Positions 34,414 through 47,400 of a stretch of DNA of 64,000 bases are shown here, piece by piece; the first letter of the stretch is position 1, and each line of letters begins with the position of its first letter. The position numbers and the translations under genes are program-made. Below the pieces are notes generated by a model, which was not told the DNA's origin, did not search any database, and saw only the letters and a list, made by a program, of their open reading frames with translations. The DNA is from the human T2T-CHM13v2.0 reference genome, Homo sapiens: NCBI RefSeq assembly GCF_009914755.1, contig NC_060930.1. One strand, 5' to 3'.

Positions 34414-37400
34414 GCCCTCAGGTGCATTAACATGAAATCTTACAAGTCTCTTTTCCTCTCGAGCTGCCCTACCCTTTTCTCCTTTTTTTCATGCCATGCA
34501 TGTGTTGATAACTGGTCAATTGTACTGTGGAAGTTCTCACTTTCTGGATCTTTCTGTTTGCTCCCTTTTTTGGGGTCATTCAGCTTGTTCCTCTATCCCC
34601 CATTTCTGTAACTCCGATTTCTGGAAGTTAGCACTAAAGGCTTGATGAGACTCGGGCTGAACATTTTGACAAGAACGCCTTCTGGTGGGGCTGTGATCTT
34701 CCCCTGTGCCAGGGTGGAAGCACCCTATGTTGGGTGGGCCCACTCTTAGGGACGCTGGGGCTGGCACTGGGCTCTTGGGACAGCTGGAGCTCTCTGCTAT
34801 GAGGCTCTGTGTCAACCTATTGTCCAGTGGTTTTATCTATAGATGAATGAATATTTTTAAAATTAGAAGTGGAAATATTTTATTTCTGTTATTCCTTCAA
34901 CATCGTTATTAGTTGGTATTAATTTTCAAAAAAGAAATAGTGTCATCATCCAGGGTTATTTGGTTATGTTGAAGTACAATTTGTGCAGGAAAGGCAGGAA
35001 AATCACTTCTTACTCTATTTGCCAATTTCTGATAATAATCTTGCTTATTTATTACACCTTTGTTTATTTTCTCTTTCTTTGCTAGAGAGGAGCTCCAAGG
35101 GGCAGATATGACTGCTCGGCTCACTGGTCTATCCCAAATGCTGAGAACACATGGGAGAGATTGCTGCACGACAGAGTGAATTCTTCTGAGGCAGCCAGGT
35201 AGCTACATGGCCTCAAAGCTCGGAATAATTCTTCAAGTCTCATATTCTCCATTATTTTCTTTCAAACATTGGGTTCTCTCCTGGAATATAGGACACTTGT
35301 TTTTATTTTTTATTTTTTAATGATTGTGGGTACATTGTAGGTATATATATTTATGGGTTACGTGAAATATTTTGATACAGGCATGCAATGTGTAATAATC
35401 ACATCAGGGTAAATGAGGGTATCCATTCTCTCAAGCATTTATCCTTTGTATTACAAACAATCCAATTATACTCCTTTAATTATTTTTAAATGTACAATTA
35501 AATTATTATTGACTATAGTCACTTGTTGTGCTAGCAAATATTAGGCCTTATTCACTCTTCCTATTTTTTGTACCAATTAGCCATCCCAACTCCCCTTGCC
35601 CCACCACCCCACCCTCTCACTACTGTTCTCAGCCTCTGGTAACCATCCTTCTACTCTCTATCTCCATGAGTTCAGTTGCTTCAATTTTTAGCTCCCACAG
35701 ATAAGTGGAAACAGGTGAAGTTTGTGTTTCTGTGCCTTGCTTATTTCACTTAAAAATGACTTGCAGTTCCATCCATTGTTGCAAATGACAGGATCTCATT
35801 CTTTTTTAAGGCTGAATAGTACTCCATAGTGTGTATGGACCATGTTTTCTTTATTCATTCATTTGCTGATGGACAACCTGATTGCTTCTCAATGTTGGCT
35901 ATTGTGAATAGTGCTGCCATAAACATGGGAGCGGAGATATCTTTTCGATATGCGGATTTCCTTTGTTTTGGGTATTTCCTTTGTTTTGGGTATATACCTA
36001 GGAGTGGGACTGCTGGATCCTATGGCAGCTCTATTTTTAGTTTTTTGAGGCAATTCCAAATTATTCTCCAAAGTAGTTGTACTAATTTACTTTCCCACCA
36101 ACAGTGAAAAAGGGTTCAATTTTCTTCACATCCTCATCAGCATTTGTTATTGCCTGTCTTTTGGATAAAAGCCATTTTAACTGGGGTGAGATGGTATCTC
36201 ATTGTAGTTTTACTGCATTTCTCTGATGATCAATGATGTTGATTGAGCACCTTTTGATATGCCTGTTTGTCATTCATATGTCTTCTTTTCTATGTCTACT
36301 CAGATCTTTAGCCCACTTTTTAATAGAATTTTTAGATTATTTCCTATAGAGTTGTTTGAACTCCTTATACATTCTGGCTATTAATCCCTTATCAGGTGGG
36401 TAGTTTGAAAATATTTTCTTCCATTCTGTGGGTTGTCTCTCTGTTGATTGTTTCCTTTGCTGCATAAAAGCTTTTTAACTTGATGTGATCCCATTTGTCC
36501 ATTTTTGCTTTGGTTACCCTTGCTGTGGGGTATTACTCAAGAATTTTTTGCCCAGACCAATGTCCTGGAGAATTTCCCCAAGGTTTTATTTTAGTAGTTT
36601 CATCGTTTGAGGTCTTAGATTTAAGCCTTTAATTCATTTTGATTTTTTTTTTTGCATATGGTGAGAGATAGGGGTCTAGTTTCATTCTTCTGCATGTGGA
36701 TATCCAGTTTTCCCAGCACCATTTATTGAAGAGAATGTCTTTTCTCCAATGTATGTTCTTGGCACCTTTGTCAAAAATGAGTTCCTTGTAGGTGTGTGGA
36801 TTTGTTTCTGGGTTCTGTATTCTTTTCTGATGGTCTATGTGTCTATTTTTATGCCAGTACCATTCTTATTACCACAGTCCTATCATATAATTTGAAGTCA
36901 GGTAATGTAATTCCTTCAGTTTTGTTCTTTTTACTTAGGATAGCTCAGGCTGTTCTGAGTCTCTTGTGATTCCATATAAATTTTAGGTTTTTTTCTATTT
37001 CTGTGAAGAATGTCATTGATACTTTGATAGGGATTGCACTGAACCTGTAGATTGCTTTGGGTACTATACATATTTTAACCATATTGATTCTTCCAATCCA
37101 TGAACATGAAATAGCCTTCAATTTTGTGTGTCCCCTTCAGTTTCTTCCGTGAATGTTTTATAGTTTTCATTGTAGAGATCTTTCACTTCTTTAGTTAATC
37201 CCTAGGATTTAAATTTTATTTGTAGCTATTATAAACAGGATTGCTTTCTTGATTTCTATTTCAGATTATTCTGTTAGCATATAGAAATTCTACTGATTTT
37301 TGTATGTTGATTTTGTTGTATCCTGCAACTTTACTGAATTTCTTGATCAGTTCTAATAGTTTTTGGGTGGAGTTGTTTCTTTTTCCTTACAAATATAAGG

Positions 37401-37494
37401 TCATATCATCTGCAAACAAGGATAATTTGACTTCTTCCTTTCCAATTTTGATGTTCTTTATTTTTTTCTCTTGTCTGATTGCTCCAGCTAGGAC

Positions 37495-37908
37495 TTACAG
37501 TACTATGTGGAGTAACAGTAGTGAAAGTGGGCATCCTTTCCGTGACCTAGATCTTAGAGGAAAGGCTTTCAGTTTTTCCCCAATCAGTATGATGCTACCT
37601 GTAGATCTGTTGTATACGGTTTTTGTTATGTTGAGGTATATTTCTTCTATACCTAATTTCTTAAGGGTTTTTATCATGAAGAGAAGTTGAATTATATCAA
37701 ATTCTTTTTCAGCATCAATTGAAATGATCATACAGTTTTTATCCTTCTTTCTGTTGATCTGATGTATCACATTGATTGATTTGCATATGCTAAACCATTC
37801 TTGCATCCCTGGGATAAATCCCAATTGGTCATGATGAATAATCTTTTTAATGTGTTGTTGAATTTGGTTTGCTAATATTTCGTTGAGGATTTTTGCATAA
37901 ATATTCAT
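37495..37908 (-). pseudogene. L1 ORF2 reverse transcriptase fragment
   Basis: [18 protein letters not shown]...[11 protein letters not shown]...KGCPLSLLL, as in L1 ORF2p RT. Confidence 0.95.
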
Positions 37909-38529
37909 CAGTGATATTGGCCTGTAGATTTTTTTAAAATCTGTCTGTGTGGTTTTGGTATTAGGGTAATATTGGCCTCATATGATGAGTTTGGAAGTAT
38001 TTCCTCCTTCTGTGCTTTTTGGAAATAGTTTGAGAAGGATTGGTATTAGTTCGTCTCTAAATGTTTGGTAGAATTCAGGAATGAAATAATCAGATCTTGG
38101 GCTTTTCTTCTCTGGGAGACTTTTTATTATGGCTTCAATCTCATTACTTGTTATTGGCTAGTTGAGCTTTTGGATTTCTTCATGGTTCAGTCTTGGTAGG
38201 TTGTATGTATCTAGGAGTTTATCCATTTCTTCTAGATTATCCAATTTATTGGCATATAGTTGCTCATAGTAGCCATTAATGATACTTTGAATTTCCATGG
38301 TATCAATTGTAATGTCTCATTTTTCATCTTTGATTTTTCTTATTTGGGTCTTCTCTCTCTTTTTCTTTGTGTGGTTAAAGGTTTGTCAATTTGTTTATCT
38401 TTTCAAAGACCCACCTTTTAGTTTCATTGATCTTTTGCCTTGTTTTTTTCATTTGAATTTCATTTATTTCTGCTCTGATCTTCATTATTTCTTTTCTACT
38501 AACTCTGGGTTTGGTTTGCTCTTGCGTTT

Positions 38530-39520
38530 CTAGTTTTTAAGGTGCATTGTTAGGTTATTTATATGAAAGTTTTCTTCTTCTTTGATGTAGACACTTATAG
38601 CTATAAACTTCCCTGTTAGTATTGCTTTTGCTGTTTCCCAAAGGTTTTGGCATATTGGGTTTCCATTATCATTTGTTTCAAGGAATGAATTATTGAATTT
38701 CCTTCTTACCTCTTTATTGACTCCCTGGTCATTCAGAAGCATATGGTGTTTGTATAATTTCCATGTGTTTGTATAGTTTCCCAAGTTCCTCTTGTATTGA
38801 TTTCTATTTTTTTTGTCCATTATCATCAGAGAGAAGATGATTGATATTATTTCCTTTTTTATTAATGTTTTAAGACTTGTTTTGTGACCTAACACGTGAT
38901 CTATCCTTGAGACTGATCCATGTGTTGAGGAAAATAATGTGTATTCTGCAGCCTTTGGATGAAATGTTCTGTTAATATCTATTAGATCTATTTGGTCTTT
39001 AGTGCAGATTAAGTCCAATGTTTTCTTTATTGATTTTCTGTCAGGAAGATCTATCCAATGATGGATGAGAGGTATTGAAGTCTCCAGGTATTATTGTATT
39101 GGGATCTATCTCTCTTTATCTCTAATAATATTTGCTTTATATATCTGGGTACTCCATAGTTGGGTGCCTATATATTTAAAATTATTATATTTTCTTGCTG
39201 AATTGACCCCTTTGTCATTATGTAATGACTTTCTTTGTCTCTTCTTATAGTTTTTGTCTCAAAATATACCCGGTATTTCATGTAAGTATAACTACTCTTG
39301 CTCTTTTTTGGTTTCCATTGACACAGAATATCTTTTTCCATCCATTTATTTTTAGTCTGTGTGTGTCTTTATAGGTGAAGTGTGTGTTTTTTTTTTCAGG
39401 CCACAGATCATCAGGTCTTGTTTTTGTTATCCATTCAGCCAATCTATGTCTTTTGATTGGAGAGTTTAATCCATTTCCATTTAATGTTATTATTGATAAG
39501 AAAGAGCTTACTCCTGCCAT
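38530..39520 (-). pseudogene. L1 ORF2 APE-type endonuclease fragments (frameshifted)
   Basis: IITLNGNGLNSPIKRHRLAEWI (ORF2 N-terminus) and YTLFSSTHGSVSRIDHVLGHKTSL in different frames. Confidence 0.93.
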
Positions 39521-40293
39521 TTCATTGTTTTCTGTTTCATTTCTTTCTTGTTTTCTCCTCTGTAGTTTCTTTTCCTTCCTTCGTTCCTTCCTGTCTTCCT
39601 TTTAATGAAGGTGACTTTCTCTGGTGGTATAATTTAATTTCTTTCTTTTTATTTTTTGTGTATCTGTGGTATGTTTTTTGATTTGTGATTACCATGAGGC
39701 TTGATATCTTATAACCCATTATTTTAAGCCGATAACAACTTAGCACTGCTTTCATTAACAAACAAACTAACAAGCAAAAAGAAAGCTAATAAGAACTCCA
39801 CACTTTAATCTTGTTCCCTACTTTTTAACTTTTCATTGTTTCTATTTATATCTTACTGTCTGGTCTATGTCTTGAAAAGTTGTTGTAGTTATGATTTTTG
39901 GTTGATCTATTTTTTAGTCTTTCTACTTAAGATGAGACCACAGTTACAGTGGTATAATATTCTGTGTTTTTCTGTTTACTTACTATTACCACTACGTTTT
40001 GTACCTTCAGGTGATTTCTTATTGCTCATTAACATCCTTTTCTTTCTGATTGAATTATTCCCTTTAGCATGTCTTGTAGGACAGGTCTGGTATTAATGAA
40101 ATCCCTCAGCTTTTGTTTGTCTGGGAAAGTCTTTATTTCTCCTTCACGTTTAGAGGACGTTTTTGCTGGACATACTATTCTAAGGTAGAATCTTTTTCTT
40201 TCAGCATTTTAAATATGTCATGCCACTCTCTCCTGGCCTGTAAGGTTTCCACTAAAAAATCTGCTGCCAGATGCATTGGAGCTCCATTGTATG

Positions 40294-40851
40294 TTATTTG
40301 TTTCTTTTCTCTGCTGCTTTTAGGGTCCTTTCTTTATCCTTGACCTTGGAGAGTTTGATTCTTAAGTGCCTTGAGGTAGTCTTTAGGTTAAATCTGGTTA
40401 GTGTTCTATAACTTTCTTGTATTTGGACATTGATATCTTTCTCTAGGTCTAGGAATTTCTCTGTTATTATCTCTTTGAATAAACTTTCTACTCCTGTCTC
40501 TTTCTTTACCTCCTCTTTAAGGCCAACGACTCTTAGATGTTCTCTTTTGAGGCTATTTTCTAAATCTTGTAGGCATGCTTCATTCTTCTTTGTTCTTTTA
40601 TTTGGTTTCCTCTGACTGTGTATTTTCAAATAGTCTGCTTCAAGCTCACTAATTCTTTCTTCTGGTTGATTGATTCTGCTGTAAAGAGACTCTGACACAT
40701 CCTTCAGTATGTCAATTGAATTTTTCAACTCCAGATTTTCTGCTTGAATCTTTTTAATAATTTTAGTTATTTCAATCCCTTTGCTAAATTTGCCTGATAG
40801 AATTATGAGTTCCTTCTCTGTGTTATCTCGAATTTCTTTGAGTTTCCTCAA
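40294..40851 (-). pseudogene. L1 ORF1 fragment (coiled coil/RRM)
   Basis: ELKNSI...SRINQPEERISELE...LRVVGLKE...GVESLFKEIITEKF...KERTLKAA. Confidence 0.9.
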
Positions 40852-42044
40852 AACAGCTATTTTGAATTCTTTCTCTAAAAGGTCACATATCTGTTTCTCC
40901 GGAATAGGTCCCTGGTGGCTTATTTAGTTTGTTTGGTGAGGTCATGTTTTCTTGGATGGTCTTGATGCCTGTGAACGTTCATTGGTGTCTGGGCATTGAA
41001 GAGATAGGTATTTATTATAGACTTTGCTGTCTAGAGACAACAAAGGTACTGCCTTTGTGGTCTTGGATAAGATCTGGAAGAACTCTCTGGTTACCAGGGC
41101 AGAGACTCTTATTCTCTTCTCTTACTTTCTCCCAAACAAATGGAGTCTCTCTGTCTCTGTGCTGAGGCACCTGGAGCTGGGAGGAGGGTGACACAAGCAC
41201 CCCTATGGCTACCACCACTGGGACGGCACTGGGTCAGACCTTAAGCCAGCACAGCACTGGGTTTTGCCCAAGGCCTGTTATAACCACTCTCTGGCTACTG
41301 CCTATGTTTGCTCAAGGTCTTACGGCTCTGCAATCGGCAGGTGGTGAAGCCAGGCAGGCTTGTGTCCTTCCCTTCAGGGCAATGAGTTCTCCCAGGCCCC
41401 GGGCAGATCCAGAGATGCTATCCAGGAGCCAGGGATTGGAACAGAAAACCTTAGAAGTCTACCTGGCGTTGTATTCTGCCGTGGCTGAGCTGACACTCAG
41501 AACACAAGATGCAGTTCTTCCCCCTCTTCTTTGCCCTTTCTGCAGGGAGAGAAGCTGCATCCTATGGCCACCACCACCACAGACCCACGGGAATACTGCC
41601 AGGCCGCTGCCAGTGCTCCCTTCAAGCCCAGGAACTCTTCAGTCAGCTTGTGGTGAATGCTGCCTGGCCTGGCACTCACCCTTTCAGGCAGGGGGCTCCC
41701 CTCTGGCCCAGGACAGGTCCAGAAATGCTGCCTGAGAGCCAAGGCCTGGAATTGAGACCCCAAGAGCCCGCTTGGTGCTCTGTCCCACTGTGGCTGAGCT
41801 GGGACCTAAGGTGCAAGACAAAGTCCCCTTTATTTTTTCTCTGTTTTTCTCAAGCAGAAGGAGTCTTGCCCTGTAGCCACCACAGCTGGGAATGTGCCAG
41901 GTCACACCTGAAGCCAGCACGTCTCTGAGTCTCACCCAAGGCCTGAAACTCCTGGGTATCTCTACCGCTCCTTTAGGGCCCAACGGCTCCTCTGTCAGTA
42001 GGTAATGGCTCCTACTTGGACCACGTCCTTCAACAGGGCACTTG

Positions 42045-42173
42045 TTTTTTTTTTTGTTTTGTTTTTTATCCTAAGACAGGGTCTTGCTCTGTTGCCCAGG
42101 CTGGAGTGCAGTGGCATGATCTTGGCTCACTACAACCTCCACCTCCCAGGTTCAAGCAACTCTCCTGCCTCAG
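42045..42173 (-). mobile_element. Truncated Alu (3' part of the right arm only)
   Basis: T-tail plus agacagggtcttgctctgttgcccaggctgg...ctcctgcctcag, then stops. Confidence 0.92.
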
Positions 42174-42340
42174 GGCGGTGCTCTTGTGCTGAGACAGCTC
42201 TGGAAAGTGTGGAGTTTCCAGCTGGGCTGGGGCTTTTGCCCAACATGATCAGGCTGAGCTGGAGCAGCCTTGATCTCAGATGTGGGTCTATTCAAGGGCA
42301 GGTTCACCACGGTGCCAAGGAAAGATGCCTGAGGACACCT

Positions 42341-42432
42341 GAGTGGCTTCATTCTACACCTTCCTGATGGCAGTGGCCTCATTCTGCACCTTCCTGACGG
42401 CAGTGGCCTCATTCTGCACCTTCCTGACAGCA
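42341..42432. repeat. 30-bp tandem repeat x3
   Basis: cagtggcctcattctgcaccttcctgacgg. Confidence 0.95.
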
Positions 42433-43192
42433 ATGCAGCCCCCAACGGTGATCCATTTTTTCTGAATATGCAAAAAATATCAACTCCATAAAAGACTCGT
42501 GTCTAGTTAATAATCCAAACAGGATTGAGAAGTCCTGCTTTGGAAATGAGAAGAGAGGAAGTGTCCCCAGGGCTTCGGTCCTGGCAGGCATATCCATTAT
42601 GGCTCCACTCGCTAAATGAACAGCCTGGCTCACAGCAGGCCCTAGACCATCCTAAACCCTTCCATTAATCAAATTGCTTGGATTAAATAGAACAGCAAAG
42701 CAGTGATCTTGAGAATGATCTAATAATATTGTGATTGCTTTGAAGATTAAGTGAAAATATCAAAGGAGGTTAACCTAATCTCCTTCCCACCCCAAATGTA
42801 AATATACAGTATTGGATTCCCACTGAGAACTGGGAACCTTTTGGGAGGTGGCTCCACTAATCACTCTTCCTGTGACAATCTAGAGAGCCTAATTAAAGAT
42901 TCTAGGGGCTGGAGAACATTGGCTCTTGGGAACATGTGGGCAGCAGGAAACTGAGCTCTTTTGGAGTGGCTGTGATGGGCGTTCCCAGGCAGGACTGCCC
43001 ACTTTCTCTGGGTGGACTGGATGGAAGCTTTGATAACCGCATGTGAAAAGCACTGCATCTATTTTTCTTCCTCTATACATTTTCTACCAGAGGTTCACGC
43101 AGACTCTGGGAGGTGGTTTCTATCGTGGAAGATCAGGTTTCCCAAATGGTGTGCAGAATATCCGGGGCTCATTCTTCCAATCCTGCCTCATA

Positions 43193-43930
43193 CAGGCTGA
43201 GAACTTCTAATTCAAAATGCTTGGGACCAGAAGTGTTTCAGATTTCAGAGTTTTTTCAGACTTTTGAAATATTTGCATATACATAGTAAAATATCTTGAG
43301 GGTCCAGCACAAGTCTAAACATGAAATTCATGCATGCTTCATGTACGCCGTGTACACATAGCCCAAATGCATGCTTCATGTACACCTTATACACATAGCC
43401 TAGAGGTAAATTTATACATTTTACATCATTTGAGACATAAAACAAAATTCATGTACATCAAACCATCAGGAAGCAAAGGTGCCACTATCTCAGCCACATA
43501 TACGGATAAGCTGGGAATATTTCACATCACCATCTCTCCTGGCTCTGAATTTATCTGCTACCAATAAGCAGTCCTTTCCTCACGCTTACTTACACAGAGT
43601 ACGTGACAGTAAGGAACACTCCATCCCATTAAAACAGTGAAGAGTAACGAGTCCAGGGTTAGTAGCAGCATGGTGGCATCAGCCATCAGACAGCAGCTGC
43701 AGGGAACAGCGGCATCTTCAGTATCCACCAACAGTGCTGGGCTTGGTTAAAAGGTGACCATACGCTGGAGCCCCCTTGCTGAATAAACGGTGTGTTTTGC
43801 ACCTGTGTTTTGACTGTGACCTGTCACATGAAGACAATGCAGAATTCTTTGCTTGTGGCGGCATATCTGTGCTACAAAATTTTGGGATTTTGAGCATTTC
43901 GGATTTTGAATTTTCAGGATGCTCAGCCTG
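43193..43930. mobile_element. Tigger4/MER46 (Zombi) internally deleted DNA transposon
   Basis: Inverted termini caggctgag.../...ctcagcctg, TA on the left; aaaatgcttgggaccagaagtgtttcagattt. Confidence 0.82.
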
Positions 43931-44099
43931 TGGTAGACACTAAACTAATATTTGTCATGTTGAACACGCATGTGGTGAGTGCCGACTGCATCTGAAGCAC
44001 ATGCAGAGACCACATGTGAAGTCTTGCCGACTTCAGAGTTCAGGAGCCTAGCAAGAGGTGAGAGAAACACAAACAACATAAGTCAAAAGTGACGTGATA

Positions 44100-44339
44100 C
44101 GAGGTCAGGAGTTTGAGACCAGCCTGGCCAACATGGAGAAACCCCGTCTCCACTAAAAATAGAAAAATACAAAAATTAGCTGGGTGTGGTGACACATGCC
44201 TGTAGTCCCAGCTACTCAGGAGGCTGAGTCAGGAGAATCACTTGAACCCGGGAGGCAGAGGTTTCAGTGAGCCAAGATCGCACCACTGCACTCCATCCTG
44301 GGTGGGTGACAGAGTGAGACTCCATCTAAAAAAAAAAAA
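44100..44339 (+). mobile_element. 5'-truncated AluS with TSD
   Basis: Starts at cgaggtcaggag; TSD aaaagtga(c/t)gtgata at 44085-44099 and 44340-44354. Confidence 0.94.
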
Positions 44340-45039
44340 AAAAGTGATGTGATAGAAATACAGATTCCAAAAACGGGTTCCTGTCATAGGTGCTTTTTCG
44401 TCTCCAAGTCGAGAGTATCATGTTCCTTTCCAAATGACACGGATCATACAAGTTTAACACAGGCTTAGAGGTCTCCCAGCCCTGGAGTCTCCACGTGGAA
44501 TCTCAGAATCACCGGGGGAACATGGAGCAGCCGCTGGCCCCAGCCCCACCCGGACCTGGCCCTGCTGGATGCATTTCCCACGGCTGTTGAAACAAATCAC
44601 CTCAAACGCAGTGGCTTCTCCTGACCAGATGGAGTGGCGGATGTAGATGAGACATAGCACTATAAACCTCTCACACTGAAGGGGGTGTGGAACTAAGAAA
44701 CGTGTTATGTGCTGCGCTTTGAAATGGGGAGAAGACTAGGGAAGCATTCTAGAACGAAATTCCAAATATCTCTTCTGAAGGAGAACAATGCGTGAATCAC
44801 CCTAAGTAACAGAAGTAAGAATGCCTTTCACATTCGGCTTTGAGGGGCATTCTGTAATTTTTGCCTTGCTTTGAAAAAATATCTTCCATAATTTCTTCAT
44901 TGGCTTAATATTTGAAGCCTCATTATTCTCTGAGCCACACATCTATGGAAAGTATAAGATGTCCAGGATTAAATGTGGCAAAGGAATGATTAAAATGGCT
45001 AACCTCTTGTGGTCACTCCTAGATGTGTGTATCTCAGGG

Positions 45040-45180
45040 TAAAGGTCTTAATTTCTTTACGGCAGTTTCCTCATTGGTAAAATGAAGAGAATCACAGGGC
45101 CACCTCCTTCATAGGGATGTTACGAGGTTTAAATGACACAGTATATGTCGGCTGGTTGTGAGAGCACTCAATGAACAGAA
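45040..45180 (+). mobile_element. MIR
   Basis: cagtttcctcattggtaaaatga...catagggatgttacgaggtttaaatga. Confidence 0.7.
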
Positions 45181-45665
45181 GCCGACTTTGTCACCAACGT
45201 CATTTCCATTGTCATCAGCACCGTGCACTTAATCGCAGCGTAAGGAGGGAAGGCTTGCTGGGGATTAGCAGATGATGGGACTGTGAGCCTCTCTCTGAGG
45301 ATATTTAAAACATCTCAGTCTCACAGCAGATTGGACGCAGAACTGAGCGATGAGGAATTGATGGGAGAATTAATACCTGCGCATCTGTCCTTACACTTGG
45401 GTGGGGCACGTGCTCATCTGACACAGGGTGATATTCCTCTTGGTGGCAAGATTCACTCAAACATCGATTTTCTCCCCAGCATTTCCATTTCGGAATGGGA
45501 TCTCTGTGTCCTTTGACATGGTGTTAAATGTTAAAATACAGGGTTTTGTGGCATCACAGAAAGTCTCTGAGGACTCCGAGCTGGGTCCCCATTGAACCCA
45601 CCTACAGAGGTTGCTGTGGAGCCGGGAGAGTTTTTACCACAGTGCCTGGCACATTGTAGGTTTCA

Positions 45666-46302
45666 AAATACAAAAAATGGAGTTTCTGGATCATTTGTTA
45701 GCTCTGTTTTTAATTTTTTGAGGAACCTCCATATCGCCCTCCCTACAGTGGCTTCATCAACAGTGTGCAAAGGTTCCAATTTATCCAAAAAATGGGAATC
45801 AGGATCTCAGAAAGATGTCTGCACTCCCATGTGCAATGTGGGACTGCTCACAGTGGCCAAGATACAGAATCAACCTGTGTCAACAGATGAATAGATCAAG
45901 AAAACATTCAGACAGAGAATGCAATATGCTTCGACCTTAAAAGGGAAGGCCGTTCTCACCCATGTCACCTGCAGAGGTGAACCTTGAGGACGTTCTGCTT
46001 GCTGAAATGCGCCAATCACAAACAGACCAACACTGTGTGATTCCTCTTGCGTGAGGCCCCTAGAGTCCCCGGAGCCACAGAGGCAGCCGTGGAGTGGCGG
46101 GAGCCAGGCAGGGGCAGGGAGGAGAGGGTCTGCTGTTCCGTGGGAGTGAGTGTCAGGGACGCGAGTGCACACGCTCTGCGATCTGCTGTGCAACGTTGTC
46201 CCCAGAGCGAACAGCACCGTGAGGTCAACACTTACAGTTACGTGAGGAGGGTTGAGCCCATGCTAAGTGTTCTTACTGCAAAAAAATTAAAGCAGAAAAA
46301 AA
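45666..46302 (+). mobile_element. L1MA9/L1MB-type 3' end with a 5' inversion (antisense 45666-45781, sense 45782-46302)
   Basis: Antisense ctggatcatttgttagctctgtttttaattttttgaggaacctccata joined to sense tatccaaaaaatgggaatcaggatctcag...gtgttcttactgcaaaaaaa. Confidence 0.85.
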
Positions 46303-46739
46303 CCTTAGAGGTAGTGATGATTTCTATCTATAGTCAAAGGTGTTCTAGGCGAAACCTGTTTTGGTTCGGCTTGTTTTGCCTGTGCACACAGCAGGTGGCA
46401 GTCTGAGCCTGCAGATGGCACCCTGAGGCACGGCTGGACGTCGAGTTGAGGAGGGGGCGTCTTGAGGCCTCCGTCATGCCCTGGGTGCCATGTGGGCGGA
46501 GATCCCTGCCCAGGCACAGCTCTGAGTCCCATACACGGGTGACCCGCACCTCCCAGGGTACCGTGTAGACAGGACTTTTCTTAGCAGGAGGGAATTGTTC
46601 ATTGAGTTCTCTGAGTTGGTTAAAAGGGAAAAAAATCTATCATAGAAAATCTGTAGTTTCTTGGTTTTTTCCTTTCAAAAACTCACAGTTTTCTTGACAC
46701 TCTTACAACTGCAGGAAGTGAATGTTATAAGTTCCAATA

Positions 46740-47400
46740 ACACCTCAGCATACTTCATTCCTTGCACCAAAACTAAGTCTGACTGGATCACGGTGTAACT
46801 TTTAACAATGAAACCATAAAATCCTAGAAGGAAAACAAAAATATACGATTAATATTGGGGTAGGGAAGGTATGACCCAAATCCCAAAAAACATAAAAGAA
46901 AAAGTTGACAACATTTACCATATAAAAATAAAAACATTCCTGACAGGAAGAAGTGTGTAAACAAAGTCAAACACAAACATTCAACTAGCAAAAGATATTT
47001 TAACAAATAAGAAAATAAAAGACTTATGATTCCAATACACATACATATTAATAAGGAATGAAATATTGAAAAATGGCCAAAGATACAGAGAAAGAGACGA
47101 AGAGCCATTAAATATTTAAAAATATACTGAACCTCACATGATTAAGGATAGGTTGTTCAAATGACGTCAAGTCAGTCTTCATGCATCCATTGGTAGAGAG
47201 GTAAACCCTTCCCATAACTGGCGAGGGGAGGTGCAAGAAGGGACTCTCATTTACCATTGGGGGAGGGTAAATTGACCTAATCTTTGGAGCTCAATTGGCA
47301 GTATCTTTTAGAATGATGAACGCTTTTGCTCTTTGACTCAGCAACTCAGCCCATTTGCACAGATATGTTTATTGCAGAATTTGTCTGAAATAACAACATA
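46740..47400 (+). mobile_element. Decayed L1ME-type fragments
   Basis: aaaccataaaatcctagaaggaaaaca...caattggcagtatc...ctttgactcagcaa. Confidence 0.6.

Larger units (their letters stand above)
35300..42040 (-). mobile_element. Near-full-length L1MA (L1MA2-like) LINE-1, inactive
   Basis: T-tail and 3'UTR at 35.3 kb, ORF2 and ORF1 remnants, GC-richer repeated 5'UTR at 41.0-42.0 kb. Confidence 0.95.

Noticed and set aside
37495-40851. Possible active retrotransposon or domesticated RT gene
   Set aside because: ORF1 and ORF2 are broken by many stops and frameshifts; ordinary dead L1
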